Source: Octopus vulgaris
Lineage: Eukaryota
DNA length: 64,000 nt
NCBI GenBank assembly: GCA_951406725.2
Contig: OX597814.1
Span: 105,214,001 to 105,278,000, forward strand
Direction: 5' to 3'
Each line of letters opens with the position of its first letter. The stretch's first letter is position 1. The notes under the pieces were generated by a model. That model had not been told where the DNA came from, did no database searches, and saw only the letters and a list, made by a program, of their open reading frames with translations. Below, piece after piece: positions 13,331 through 27,534 of this stretch. A program made the position numbers and the translations under genes.

Positions 13331-14134
13331 TTTCCAATAAATATTGCGCTTTTGAGGATATCTTGTATATCTGTTCTTCATAGCTGCAAGCCATCGTTTC
13401 GAATCTCGCGGTTCACTGTTCAAATAACAATTTGTCATTGGTCGGCAAATATTCAGCGAGAACAAACTGCTCGATAAAATTATAAGCGGGGGCCATCATT
13501 TTTTGTCTAATTCGTTCCTCTGGGTGCTTCCAGCTTATGAGACAGAACATGTCGAAACACCGGTGTTCCACAACCCCTGGCATTAATGAAACGCGTGTTA
13601 CGAACACATAATCACTGTAAGGGACACGCTCTATGACAAATACAACAGCGATTAGCTTATTTGTGTTGGAATCTGTTGGAAGATATTAATAATAAACATG
13701 TGAGTCGTTGTTTCCGAATCTCGCTGATCACCGGGCAAATGATGATTTATTCTTGTGCTTATAACAAAACAGGAAATAAAGAGAAAAGAAACGTTATGTT
13801 GATCGGACATTTTAAATCTGTTCAGAATGGACTCAATATGAGGTTAGGTTTAATCTCTGAAATGACGACCAGCATTCTATCAAGAGAAGATCAGTGATAT
13901 TGTGGGACACTGTATAAATATCAGAATAAAACCTGAAAATAGTTTGTTTTGACACTGTAATAATTACAAAAGCTGAATGCAACAGATTTCGTCCAAGACA
14001 GACCTAATATAACGAATACCAGTTGTACTCTAGTATTCATATAATTGTATATTGAATTAAAGGGTTATTAACGGAAACATACTCAATCACAATAGATCGA
14101 CATTTTCTCTTTAATATTCTGTTTCACATCTTTT

Positions 14135-14505
14135 ATTATTTACTTATTTCAGTCATTGGACTGCGGCCATGCTGGAACACCGCCTGGTAACGTTAAGTCG
14201 AACGACCGCAGTACCTATGATTTCCTTTTCTAAAGTCTGTTATTAATCACTTTTGTCAAACTGCTAGGTTAAGTGAGCATAAACGAACCAACATCGGTTG
14301 TCAAGCCTGGGGAGTGTCAAACACAAACACACACACACATAGACAAATGTTTCAGTATACGACGGGCTTCCACACAGTTTCCACAAATTGTTAGCAAGCC
14401 CGGGGTATAGTAAAAGAAACTTGCTCAAGTTGCTGTACAGAGAGACTGAACCCGAAATCACATCGTTTGAAGCTTGCTCCTTAACCACACAACCAAGCCT
14501 GCACC
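14135..14505 (-). mobile_element. Family A SINE, diverged
   Basis: Colinear with 48-495. Confidence 0.8.
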
Positions 14506-14539
14506 TAGAGACGTATAAAAGCATATTTCGTTGTAAATC

Positions 14540-15117
14540 AAGGCGGTGAAGTGACTTCCAGGGTCGACTTTATCTTTCGTCCTTTCGGGGTCGATAATTA
14601 CCAGTTGAACGCTGGGGCCGATGTAATCAACTTACTCACTCCCACGAAATTTTATGCCAAAATTAGAAATCAATATTTTGTAGTAAATCAACGAAGCCAG
14701 ACTGGATTTCTGTTATAAGAAATGGATTTATACCTAGAGGGCGCTGTAATGGCCAAAAGGTATCACTGATAGCAAACATTGAGGAATTCTTTCGTTGCTC
14801 TGGACACATATGAAGGCATAGAGTGAGGAACAATCAAAATACTCCTCCACCCAACCACCCCCAAAATCTATGTGAATCTGAGTCTACTGTACAACCAATA
14901 AATACTAGTTTCAAATTTTGCCACAAGGCCAGCAATTTCGGTAGAGGGAGTAAGTCGAATACATCAACCCAGTGCATAACTGGTACTTGTTTTATCGACC
15001 CCGAAAGGAGGAAAGGCAAAGTTGACCCCGTTGGAAAGGGAACTCAGAACGTATAAACAGATGAAATGCCGCCAAGCACTTTTCCCAATGCGCCAATAGT
15101 TCTGTCAGTCGGCCACT
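14540..15117. mobile_element. Two family B SINE copies: 14540-14670 (+, partial) and 14908-15117 (-)
   Basis: Meta-type domain GTCGACTTT.CTTTC.TCCTTTCGGGGTCGATAA on opposite strands. Confidence 0.75.
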
Positions 15118-15490
15118 TTAAACAACAAATGAATATTTAAAATGGGATTATTGAATGATGAGTGATAACCAGTTTGCTCGTGACTAATCACCTTTAATTT
15201 AGGTTTCAAAGCTAATCTCTTTTTCTTTGTCAGTGTTGTTATTGTTATTTAGCCCTAGGCCATGCCGGATCCAGGATACCCATGCAACAAACACATTCTA
15301 GCTATGATTATTTATTTATATATACGTCATATATCATTCAAAATGGTGTATACATAAATGTGTGTGTTTATTTGTATTAAACTTCGCCCCTGTTCATGAT
15401 ATTTACGTCCTACATTTGATATTCTATATCCAGATATATTGCGTATTCTCGTACATTTTACTACAGAAAAAATATATGTATCTGTATCTG

Positions 15491-15548
<58 letters not shown>

Positions 15549-18131
15549 TGTGTATATATATAATATATATACAATATATATATATATGTATGTATATAGG
15601 TGTATATGTATATATGTATTTATGTATATAGGTGTGTATTTATATACACACACATGTGTGTGTGATATGGGTACACACACTCACACGCACACGGAAGTAC
15701 ATAGACACACACAGACACATATACATACATATAAATTTTAATTTATCATATTTGACGTCGCCTATTTGGATCAAAGGATCCCCGCTCAGCATCCGTGTCA
15801 GTAATGGCAACATGATGCATCTTTTACACCTCAAGATATGGTTTATATTTCGCCGTTAAATTTCAATAAAATATCTTTCATCTATTGTATTGTCCTATAA
15901 AAGGATACAAAGCGATTAAATGATTTGATCAGATGCACCGAATGAAGGAACTGAGCAATGAACATGTGACTCAATAATTAAAACTTTAATATTTTAACTA
16001 CTTGGAAATATCGCATTTCTGCTGTTAACCGACATATTAAAAATAAGTAAAAAAAAACCCACAAGATACGTAATAGGAATATTTTCCATAAAATTTCTTC
16101 CTCTTAGAATACATGTTGCGAAATGAAAAGGTTAAACTCGGATATTTTGTTAGAGGTAAATACGGCAAGAAAATGTCAAGTTTGGTTATTTTCCATTTTA
16201 AATTAATGTTTGCCACAAAATAGCAATGCTGAAGCTAGGCGAGGGAGGGGTTGGTTTGGTGTCAATAATTGTATGGAGAAAAACAGGAACATACTCTGAA
16301 AAATCTGTCTTATATGGAAAGTGGATGTGTGAGGTTAGATAAGGTAGAGATGTCTGTCGAGTTGACATGAAACTGGATCGTCCAACTTGAACAGCAGTCA
16401 GGCATCTTGTTCAAACGAACCACACTAAAGCTATTTATAGTGATTTCACAATTTTAATGGAACTCTGATATTCGTTTTGACAAGAATGTCCAGCGTTCAC
16501 TTTTGCTTTACTATTACCATATTTCTGTTGTTTTCTTTCTTTAGTGTAGCTGACGCTACTGCAAACATCAAAGAGCTGTGATAAAGCATTTTATGCTTCT
16601 GTAGCCATGCCTCAATAATTTCAATTGATATTCGCAATAAATGTATGCATGGAACATGGCTGTATGGATGCACGAACATCCAATGCTGTGTTGTGATCAT
16701 GCCATGTTAAGATGTAACCATTTCAGTTCATTTCTTGATATCTTCAAATGGCATCAATATTTCTGGAACTCATATATTTCAATCACACTTGAATTGACAG
16801 CTAAGGTTAAATAAATATTCTATAAAATAACAACATTAAGGTTTAGTTAGAACTGCCTCTAATAGACACACTATTTTAGGAAATGTAAACCAGCGCAAAG
16901 CATGAGTAGAAAACATTTTAAAGTCAAGAATTTTACTCTGCTAGAATTAAAATATTTAATTAGAAATAAATTTGACGATATTTCCTTAAGAAACGAGTGT
17001 TGAAAGACCTTTAAAAGTAGTAAAGTAGTAGCGAGTGATCCAGAAATTCCTTCATATTTTGATTAACAAATCAAATATAATAAAAGACATATTATTGTGT
17101 TTCATGATTTCAGATTTCAAAAGATTCCGCTTATCGTTTAATGGAAGTGTATCACTCCAGCATCCACCATTTTATGGCTTCAAACGTAAACGATGCTTTA
17201 TTGCTTTATTGCAAAACTTTAAAAAATAAACAACAAACAAACAAGTCCCTGCATATCGCGTTATTATTTCTTAGGAATTCAAAACGGTGAATATTTACTA
17301 CGCAGCATATTGTAGGGTTCCATCATTTTCAGTAATGTATTTTCGTAATATTATATTAAAAGTATTCTAGCGTTGGTTGTTTACGTGACGTATCATCATA
17401 GTAGCATATTAAAAGTATTTCTTGAGGTGAACGATACACATTTTGAGAATACTTTTATAATGAAGGACTACTTCAAACATAGATTCCACAGCATTAACAC
17501 GGCAGTCTTGTTTTCGTTTCTGTTCAGGAGCAGCTCCTTTCAAACTACCCCGAAAAAGGAACCCACCCACACTAATCTATAGACCTCCTTTAAAATGTTC
17601 AATAAGTTTCAGACACTTAAGCAACTACGTGGCCACTTTATCTGTTAGAAATAGCGACCAAATCTTTTTCCATATTCTTCTAATGATATTCTACAATCTA
17701 GAATAAGAAATAAAAAAACGGTAGATTGGTACTAGATACTACTGGAATGGCGGGGTTAAGTTTTGATCTAATTTGTTCAAATATGTGATCAGTCAGGGTC
17801 GACTTGGGGCAAAAGGCCAAACACCAGAGCGTTAAACAAACGCTATGACTATGAACTCATTCCTGACCATAGACTGTTTGTCATCATTTTATTTCAGATG
17901 TACTCCACAACCTCCATTTCTAGGAGTTTCACAACAATCAGAAAGGAGCGAAATTTTATTGCACTGCATCCATGTTGGGACTCTGTCTCGAAAAGTTCGA
18001 TCAAGCACATTGACCGCCGGTACATGTAAAACCAGGAGCTCATTCTATCGTCCTATTTTGCCGAACGTAAGTTACGGGGATGTAAACCAACCAGCATCAG
18101 TTGTCAAGAGGTGAGGAGAGCAAACACAAAT

Positions 18132-18234
<103 letters not shown>

Positions 18235-18417
18235 AATATATATATATATATACATATATTTAAGTAGGTGAATGAATTATCCTATGTTTATCGTCAGCAT
18301 GGAAAATTCGTTTAACCGAAACCTGGGTATCAAATTCACGTCAGAAACACGGTTGAAGCGACCTGTCAAGGGTAAAAACTCCGGGTTCATGTGTAGAAAT
18401 TTGTGTGTTGTATATGA

Positions 18418-18475
18418 ATAAATGAAAGAATGGAGTCGAACGAAGATGTTAACAAAATTCCGACTCCATTCTTTC

Positions 18476-18481
<6 letters not shown>
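18418..18481. repeat. Perfect 21-bp inverted repeat with a 22-nt loop
   Basis: ATAAATGAAAGAATGGAGTCG (18418-18438) and CGACTCCATTCTTTCATTTAT (18461-18481). Confidence 0.9.
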
Positions 18482-18512
<31 letters not shown>

Positions 18513-18526
18513 TATATAGATAGATG

Positions 18527-18589
<63 letters not shown>

Positions 18590-19421
18590 GCTCATACATA
18601 TAGATGCACTTTAATCGCCGATGTCATTAATCTAATTTCATTTAATCCGTAACGCACCATTTCATTCAGTATCTTTTCTTTGTCTATCATTTTCTATCCG
18701 ATATCTTTATACATTTCTTCTTATTCTAAATGTTCCACTTACTTCAACTCCATATTAAATAAGTCTTAATTTCACTATCCATTCTGATTGTAATTAAATT
18801 TCAACGATTTAACTAAATATCATTGTCTAACGACCACTTAGCATATGGCGACCATTTTAGATAGCCTCCGCTAATGTACTAGCTTTAAGATCTGTCTATT
18901 TCGACGCATATTCTTCACTGAACTTACAATTTTAAATATTATTTCCTTGTTACAATAAATAATTTCTTTAATTTTGTATCAATCAACAAACGTATCAATC
19001 ATCTAAAGCGTCCTCTGTACCCTCGGTACTTAAATAGTTTTAACTTTCTACTTGAATTCCTTCTTAACTCTTTAGCATCTCCCCACCTCATTTAATATAA
19101 CCCTTTCCTCTCCAAACATAATACACTGACCACCATAGCAAACTACTGTAGATAGTAGGTATTCTTTAGCTAATATCTAACACCCTCCCCCCCGGGGGTT
19201 AGTCCAGCTAACTGTTAATTGCACTATACTTATACCCCCATATGCTACGGCTATTATAGACAATCTTTTTCACACCATCACCACTTACCCATGCCATGTT
19301 ACTTTCTATCTATCCTCAGTATTATGGCCTTGTTTTCTCTGCCACTTTTCCTTTAAACTGTTCGCTATATCTCACACTAGCAGTAGACCCAAGCAGTCTA
19401 CTAAGGATCTAACTCATTCTT

Positions 19422-19521
19422 TCTCTGATGATGGAATAACTCGTTACTGCATGGATAGCCACGGTTCGTTTGCAAGCAAATGGTCCACCTGTTCATCAAT
19501 TCTTGAAACTGAACTGTGAGA
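19422..19521 (+). ncRNA. Decayed hammerhead-like motif with a long stem II insert
   Basis: TCT-CTGATGA-T-GGAAT(61 nt)ATTCT-T-GAAA-C(TGAACT)G-TG-AGA. The cleavage-site base is G, which is non-permissive. Confidence 0.4.
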
Positions 19522-19872
19522 CTACCTGCACACTTCTTTCTTCCTTATGGTCTACTATCTTATAACAACTGAACCCACACGTTTAAATATACAAATGTTA
19601 TAATCTAGCCTGACACCAGTTGTTTACTTGCTTATACTTTTATTCTGTTATACACGTACCTGCTCAATTGAAAAATTATCTAAAGCCAATCCTCATTTAA
19701 CCGGGTATAAAAGCCCTTATTTTAGTTGGAGCTCATACTAAAGTTTAAGACAAGTCAACATGAGCACAAACTCTATGTACTTGCTACCTACATTATCCAT
19801 CATAAGATTACCTGGATTCTATATATACACACATATGTGTGTGTATACACATACATACATAAATACATACAC

Positions 19873-19942
<70 letters not shown>

Positions 19943-19947
19943 TCATG

Positions 19948-19978
<31 letters not shown>

Positions 19979-20014
19979 ATCTATACATACATATATATAT
20001 ATACATACATACAT

Positions 20015-20087
<73 letters not shown>

Positions 20088-20164
20088 CACATACATACAT
20101 ACATATCTATACACACGCAGGTGCCGTATACCACAATCTAATCTAGAGCTAAGGCTAGTCAATT

Positions 20165-21222
<1,058 letters not shown>

Positions 21223-21389
21223 AGTAAAATTATCTAGCACACGCAAACATATAATATATATGATGGATTCTTCTGTACTGAACGATAAATGAGGTTCAGT
21301 AAAATAAGCGGTAATTATGTTCTATGGACATGCATGTATCTGTTGATGCCTTGCAACCTTTTTGGCAAATGGAACAAGTTGAAGTGTAG

Positions 21390-21530
21390 TAATGTCTGGG
21401 GAACCTGAAGACCAGTTGACATTGCGGGAGATTATTCTCTCTCCAAAGCACTGACGTACCAACTGCATTGTTTCTTTTGCGGTACGAGCAGTTGCCCCCA
21501 TCTTGCTGGAACCATGTGTGAGGTATTCTT
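21390..21530 (-). mobile_element. Tc1/mariner-superfamily transposase fragment
   Basis: With frameshift: HTWFQQDG-ATARTAKETMQLVRQCFGERIISRNVNWSSGSPD. Confidence 0.8.
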
Positions 21531-21532
21531 TG

Positions 21533-21918
21533 GATGGCCTTCACCTTCCTCAGACTTAAATAGCCCGGATTTTTTCTTGTGAAGATACCTGAAAGAGACG
21601 GTTTACCTCAACAAACCGGAGACCCTGGTGCAACTGAAGCAGAAAAATCAATAGAGACATCAGAGAGGTGGGGTTTGAAACTCTTGAGGGTGTTATGGTG
21701 CAAGTTTTGGAAAGAGCAAGGGCGTGTGAAACCGAAAATGGCTGCCATTTAAGTGATGTTATTTTTACTTATGCGAATTAGTGGTGTTTCAAAATTTGAC
21801 TTATGCATATTAATTGCCATTATGTCCTTTATATTCTATCAAAATTTCATGCATTTATTTCCAAATTCAAGGGAGTTATTAAAAATTGAAACCCAACAGT
21901 GACTTTTGGGACACCCTG
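21533..21918 (+). mobile_element. Tc1/mariner-superfamily transposon right end (transposase C-terminus, TIR, TA target)
   Basis: WPSPSSDLNSPDFFL*RYLKETVYLNKPETLVQLK matches WPPRSPDLxPxDFFLWGYLK. The end reads GACTTTTGGGACACCCTG|TA. Confidence 0.8.
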
Positions 21919-21961
21919 TACATATGTGTGTGTGTGTGTGTATACATATATATATATATAT

Positions 21962-22000
<39 letters not shown>

Positions 22001-22189
22001 CATACATACATACATACATACATACATGCATACATACATACATACATACATACATACATACATACATACATACATACATACATACATACATACATACATA
22101 CATACATACGTACATACATACATACATGCATACATACATATATATATACATATATATATACATATGCATATATATAACACATATATACA

Positions 22190-22227
<38 letters not shown>

Positions 22228-22231
<4 letters not shown>

Positions 22232-22520
22232 TAATCCAAACGGGAAAACAGAAAAAACAACAACACGTGGAACAATTAAAGTATTATTATTATTAGGCGC
22301 TCAGGAAAAAGGGAAGAAGGAGGGTATGACGTTTCGAGCGGAGCTCTTCGTCGGAAACATAAGAGAAGGAAGAAAGAAGAAAGAAAGATCCCGATGTGGG
22401 CGAACGGAGAGAAAAAAAACGCGACTGGTTTTTACGTAGAAAACATGCTGAAAGGCCGGAAGTTTTGGATAACAGTGGCTGGTTTTTAAAGACAAAAGAG
22501 CGGAGACAGGAAGGTTGGTA
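22228..22520 (-). mobile_element. PLE-like non-coding repeat with a hammerhead variant at 22324-22358
   Basis: GTTT-CCGACGA-A-GAGC(TCC)GCTC-GAAA-CG-TC-ATAC. Flanks resemble 4860-4935; abuts (TA)n. Confidence 0.7.
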
Positions 22521-23054
22521 ACAACTCGATGAAACGGAAGAATGATGTGTATGTATGTGTGAGTGGGTACGTGTGCGTGTGTGTATGTGTGTGTGAGGCG
22601 AGATAAAAAAATATATGTATATGTTAGTGCGTGCGTCTGTATGTAAGTGTGTGTACGTAGGGCGAAAAGTAGTTGACATAGCAGTCTCAAGTGAGTGGCC
22701 AGTGGTAAAAGGAGGAAGGAGGGAATGGGTGGGGGCGTATGTAACGTGCCAGTGTGTGTGTTGAGTGGTAGTGTGTGTGTGTCCAGTGTGCGTAGTTGTA
22801 TGTATGGCAAGTAAATTTGAAGTGTGTGTAAGTGTAATGTATATATATATGCAAATGTGCGTGTGTGAGTGCGTGGGAGTGGGTGTATGTACGTGTGTGC
22901 GTGTGTGTACAAAAGGGGGGGGATTAAGGAAACAAACTGCAACTGAGGGAAAGATGGAAAAGTGCTCCCGCGGTGACAGGCGTAGGAGAAACCCAAAGAC
23001 AACGCGCCGGCCCCAGATACGAACAGGAGATCTAGTCGGTACCCACGGGCATGG

Positions 23055-24320
23055 TGCATGCATGCGTGTATGCGTGCGCGAACGCGCACATGCGTGTATG
23101 TGCGCGCGCCTGCGAGTGTGTGTGTAAGTATGTGTGTGTGTGGATGTGTGAGTGTGTCTGTGTGTATGTCTGGGTGTCAGTGTGTCCGATGAATGTATGT
23201 AAGTATGTGTGTGTATATGTGTGTGTATAGATGTATGTCCGTGTGTATGTGTGTGTGTATGTGTATGAGTGTGTATGTATGTATGTGTGTGTGTGTGGAA
23301 GTGTGTGTATGTGCATGTGTGTGCGCGTGCATGCAAGTGTGTGAGTGAGTGTGTGTGTGTGTGTATGTATGTGTGAGTGTGTATGTCTGTGTGTATAGGA
23401 TGCATGTATGTGTATGGGTGTATGTATGTGTGTGTGTATGTATGTATGTGTACGTGCGTGTGTGTGTGTGTATGCATGTATGCATGTATGCGTATATGCG
23501 TGTAGGTGTGCGCGTGTGCATGCATGCATGCATGTGCGTATGTATGTGTGTGTGTGTGTGCATGTGTGTAAGTATATATGTATGTGCGTATATGTGTGTG
23601 TATGTGCGTACATGTGTGTGTGTGTATGCATGTGTGTGTATGTAGGTGTGTAGGCGTGTGTGTATAGGTGTTTGTATGTAAGTATGTATGGGTGTGTCCG
23701 TGTATGTGTGTGTATGCATATGTGTGTATGTAGGTGTGTAGGCGTGTGTGTATAGGTGTATGTATGTATGTATGTATGGGTGTGTCCGTGTATGTTTGTG
23801 TGTGTGTGTATGCATGTGTATGTAGGTGTGTGTGTACGTCTGTAATATATGTGTGTATGCGTGTGTGTGCGTGTGTATGCGTGTGTGTGTGTATGTAGGT
23901 GCGTATGTATGTGTGTGGGAGTGTAGGTGTGTGTGTGCGTGTATGTGTGCGTGTGCGTGTATGTGTTGGTGTGTGTGTATGTGAGTGTGAGTGTATGGGT
24001 GTTTGTCATGCATGTGTGTGCGCGTGCAGGCGAGTGTGTGTGTAAGTATATGTGTGTGTATGTATGTGTGAGTGTGTATGTGTGTATATATACATACATA
24101 CATACATACAAACATATACGTGTATATACATATGTATATATATATATAACACATATAGATATGTATATATATATATACATATTTATATACACATATATAC
24201 ATATATATATACATACATACATATACATATGTATCTATATAACACATATATACACATGTATATATATACATATTTATGTACATGCATACATACATACATA
24301 CATACATACATACATACATA
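23055..24320. repeat. Long degenerate (TG/TATG/CG) alternating purine-pyrimidine tract
   Basis: Low-complexity sequence with an internal duplication of about 65 bp (about 23641-23706 and 23729-23794). Confidence 0.85.
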
Positions 24321-25351
24321 CGATGGACTTCCACCCAGTTTCCATATATCAAATTCACTCACAAAACTTTAGTCATCCCGGAGCTATAGGTGCCACGCAG
24401 TGGGACTGAATCCTAAACCACGTGGTTGCCAATCGAGTTTCTTAACCACCCAATCATACATACATACATCACAGCACAGAATTGTAGCTTACATCCTGAG
24501 CATCCGATCACAGCATCTATATCTTCTAACATATTTCATGATGAATGGACTGCACACAGGCAGCAACATTACAACACAAACGAACCGCACAAACGTACAA
24601 CCCACGTCGCCTACAAAACTTAATAACGCCACACACCAGAAATATAATCAAAACTGAAATACACAGAAAACTATAGGAATACATGTACATACATATTAGA
24701 TATTGGCTGCTCCTTAATTACTTAATTAAATTATTACTTTCTTTGAAATAAACTTAAACACACCTTCCTACAGACACTCACACACCTTGAACGGCATTTT
24801 ACATATTTACATACACCAGCACAGAAGCGTGGAGGACAGACTCGTGCGTTCACGTCTGTCTATGCGCCTGTGTGTGTATGTGTGTGTAGTTGTGAGAGTG
24901 TATGTCATATGTTTGAGGATTGTTCCATTTCTGGAATAAATTGTAATTGTATTAAAAGACAAAATCAAAGAGAAAATTTCCGGAGTGTTGGTGTGATAAT
25001 GGCGGCTCGAGGAGATGGAATTAGCGGCAAATTAAACGTAATTTGTTGCCTTTCTTGATTATAGAGAAATATTTTAAGCTGGAGATAAAACTATCATTAG
25101 AAATATCTTATCTATTATTAATATTATTAATTTAACGAAATAAATATATCTATTATTATATCTATTATTATAGATAAATCTATTTATTACTGAGATACAT
25201 TAATATTACAAATTTAGAAATACTGATAAATCTAATATTGTAAATATGTATTATTAATAGTGTTAATTTATCAATATAGTATTATTATTAAGTTGCAGGT
25301 TTAGATAAATCAATTATAAAAGGTATCAATTATTAATATAAAGTTAGAGGA

Positions 25352-25497
25352 AGGCGGCGAGCTGATAGAATTTGAATTCAAACGCTACCGAGGTCGACTT
25401 TACCTTTCATCTTTTCAGGGTCGATAAGATAAGTACTAGCTGTAATCGACTTGATCCTCCTCCGAAATTGCTGGCCTTGTGCCAAAATTTTGAACCA
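25352..25497 (+). mobile_element. Family B SINE, internally deleted
   Basis: AAGGCGGCGAGCTG head plus Meta-type domain. Confidence 0.75.
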
Positions 25498-26040
25498 ATA
25501 TCATTAAGTATAAGAAATAAATATATCCTATTAATTAATTTAGTTATGGCTAAATCCACAATTATTACTGATAGATCTTTTAAAAAATGTTATTAATTTC
25601 GAGGAATCGAGAACCCTGTTATTAAAAGGGCTTTCATCTTATATAGTTCAACTTCAAACATTAGTGAAATATTCTTTACAAAATGTTTTCTTTGTGCCTT
25701 TGTCTTAATCTCATAGTTTGTGCGTGTGTGTGTGTGCGTGTGTATGTGCGTGCGTGTGTGTGTGTGTGTGTGTGTGTGCGTGCGTGTGTGTGTGTGTTGT
25801 GTGTGTGTGTGTGTGTGTGTGTTTGTGTGTTCAGAATTAATCACTAAAGACATTAACTGAAATAAAGGATTCAATATCTGAAAGATGAGAATGATTTCGA
25901 GGTGAATCAATGTAGTGCCATCCGAGCTCGACTGATTGGCAGAATAGTGGTTTCAAATTTTGGCCCAAGGCCAGCAATTTCGGCTGGGGGGTAAGTCGAT
26001 TATAACGGCTCCAGTGTTCACCTGGTACTTAGTTTATCGA

Positions 26041-26458
26041 AGGGCAGCGAGCGGGCAGAAACGTTAGCACGCCGGGCGAAATGCTTAGCGGTATTTCGTC
26101 TGCCGTTACGTTCTGAGTTCAAATTCCGCCGAGGTCAACTTTGCCTTTCATCCTTTCGGGGTCGATAAATTAAGTACCAGTTACGCACTGGGGTCGATGT
26201 AATCGACTTAATACCTATGTCTGTCCTTGTTTGTCCCCTCTGTGTTTAGCCCCTTGTGGGTAATAAAGAAATAGGTATTTCGTCTGCCGTTACGTTCTGA
26301 GTTCAAATTCCGCCGAGGTCAGCTTTGCCTTTCATCCTTTCGGGATCGATAAATTAAGTACCAGTTACGCACTGGAATCGATATAATCGACTTAATCCGT
26401 CTGTCTGTCCTTGTTTGTCCTCTCTGTGTTTAAGCCCCTGGTGGGTAGTAAAGAAATA
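26041..26458 (+). mobile_element. Family B SINE head-to-tail dimer flanked by a 15-bp TSD, inside an older antisense family B copy
   Basis: Full unit 26041-26273, then a 5'-truncated unit to 26458. GGTACTTAGTTTATC occurs at 26024-26038 and 26459-26473. Confidence 0.9.
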
Positions 26459-26804
26459 GGTACTTAGTTTATCAACCTTGATGCTGTAACGGTTCTGCCA
26501 GTTCACCACATTTTGGTTGGCAGAATATTATAACATCGAATGCAACATCCAGCAGCATCTGTATGGATTCTATGCGTTTCGACTTCAAATGGCGCCCACC
26601 ACCAACGGAATAAAATCTGGATCCTTGTCGGATTGGTAAAAACGGTGTTAGATTTAGGAAGTCCTTAAGCAAATCTAAAATCTTTCTCATTGCTAGAATA
26701 AAAAAAATACAGCTGGCGGTAAAAACTCAGGAGAGTCTTTCAAGTCGTCGGCATCCAGGAGCAGTAATTTTTTTCCAGCACATCCAGTGGAATTAATTAT
26801 GCAA

Positions 26805-27165
26805 ATTAAACTGCGAAGTTTTAAGAAGTTTATTTCCAAGCAACGTGGGTTCTGTTTTAGTCCCTCTGAGCTGCATCCTGGGTACGTTTTTTTCTATTAT
26901 AGCCTCAGGCCAATCAATGCTTTGTGGCGGAAATTGTGAGGAAACAGGTTATCGTTTGTATAGATGTGTGTGTGTGTCCAAACACCGTTTGACAACCGGT
27001 GTTGATACGTTTTCATCTCCTTGACAAAGTGGATTGTAACTTAGCAAAAGAGATCGATCAGATAAGTAATTTTAAAAAGGTACTGGAGTCGATTTGGTCG
27101 ACTAATCCCGCCAAGGCGGTGCTCCAGCATGGTCGCACTCCAATGAATAAAACATGTAAAACATA
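26805..27165 (+). mobile_element. Family A SINE, diverged
   Basis: 3' part AAGGCGGTGCTCCAGCATGGTCGCA and a degenerate head. Confidence 0.7.
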
Positions 27166-27314
27166 TAAAGTAAATATTATTGGATCCTTAAAGCAAATCT
27201 TTATCAATTTACCGTTTTTGTACAAAAAACAGTCAACCAGTGGCAGCAACACATCATATCAATAGGATATTGTTATAATCAGTTTGAAACTGGCAAGTAT
27301 TCTTCTTCTTCTTC

Positions 27315-27364
<50 letters not shown>

Positions 27365-27383
27365 GTTGTTGTTGTTGTTGTTG

Positions 27384-27435
<52 letters not shown>

Positions 27436-27534
27436 CATAAGCATTATTATTATTATTATTATTAATATTGTTATTATTATTGTTGTGGTTGTTGTTGTTA
27501 TTATTATCATTATTGTTGTTGTGTTTATTTTTGG

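Noticed and set aside
22293-24358. ORFs of about 400 aa rich in His/Thr/Tyr
   Set aside because: They are translations of degenerate (CA)n/(TACA)n, which are poor in stop codons. They are open in several frames and show no domain.
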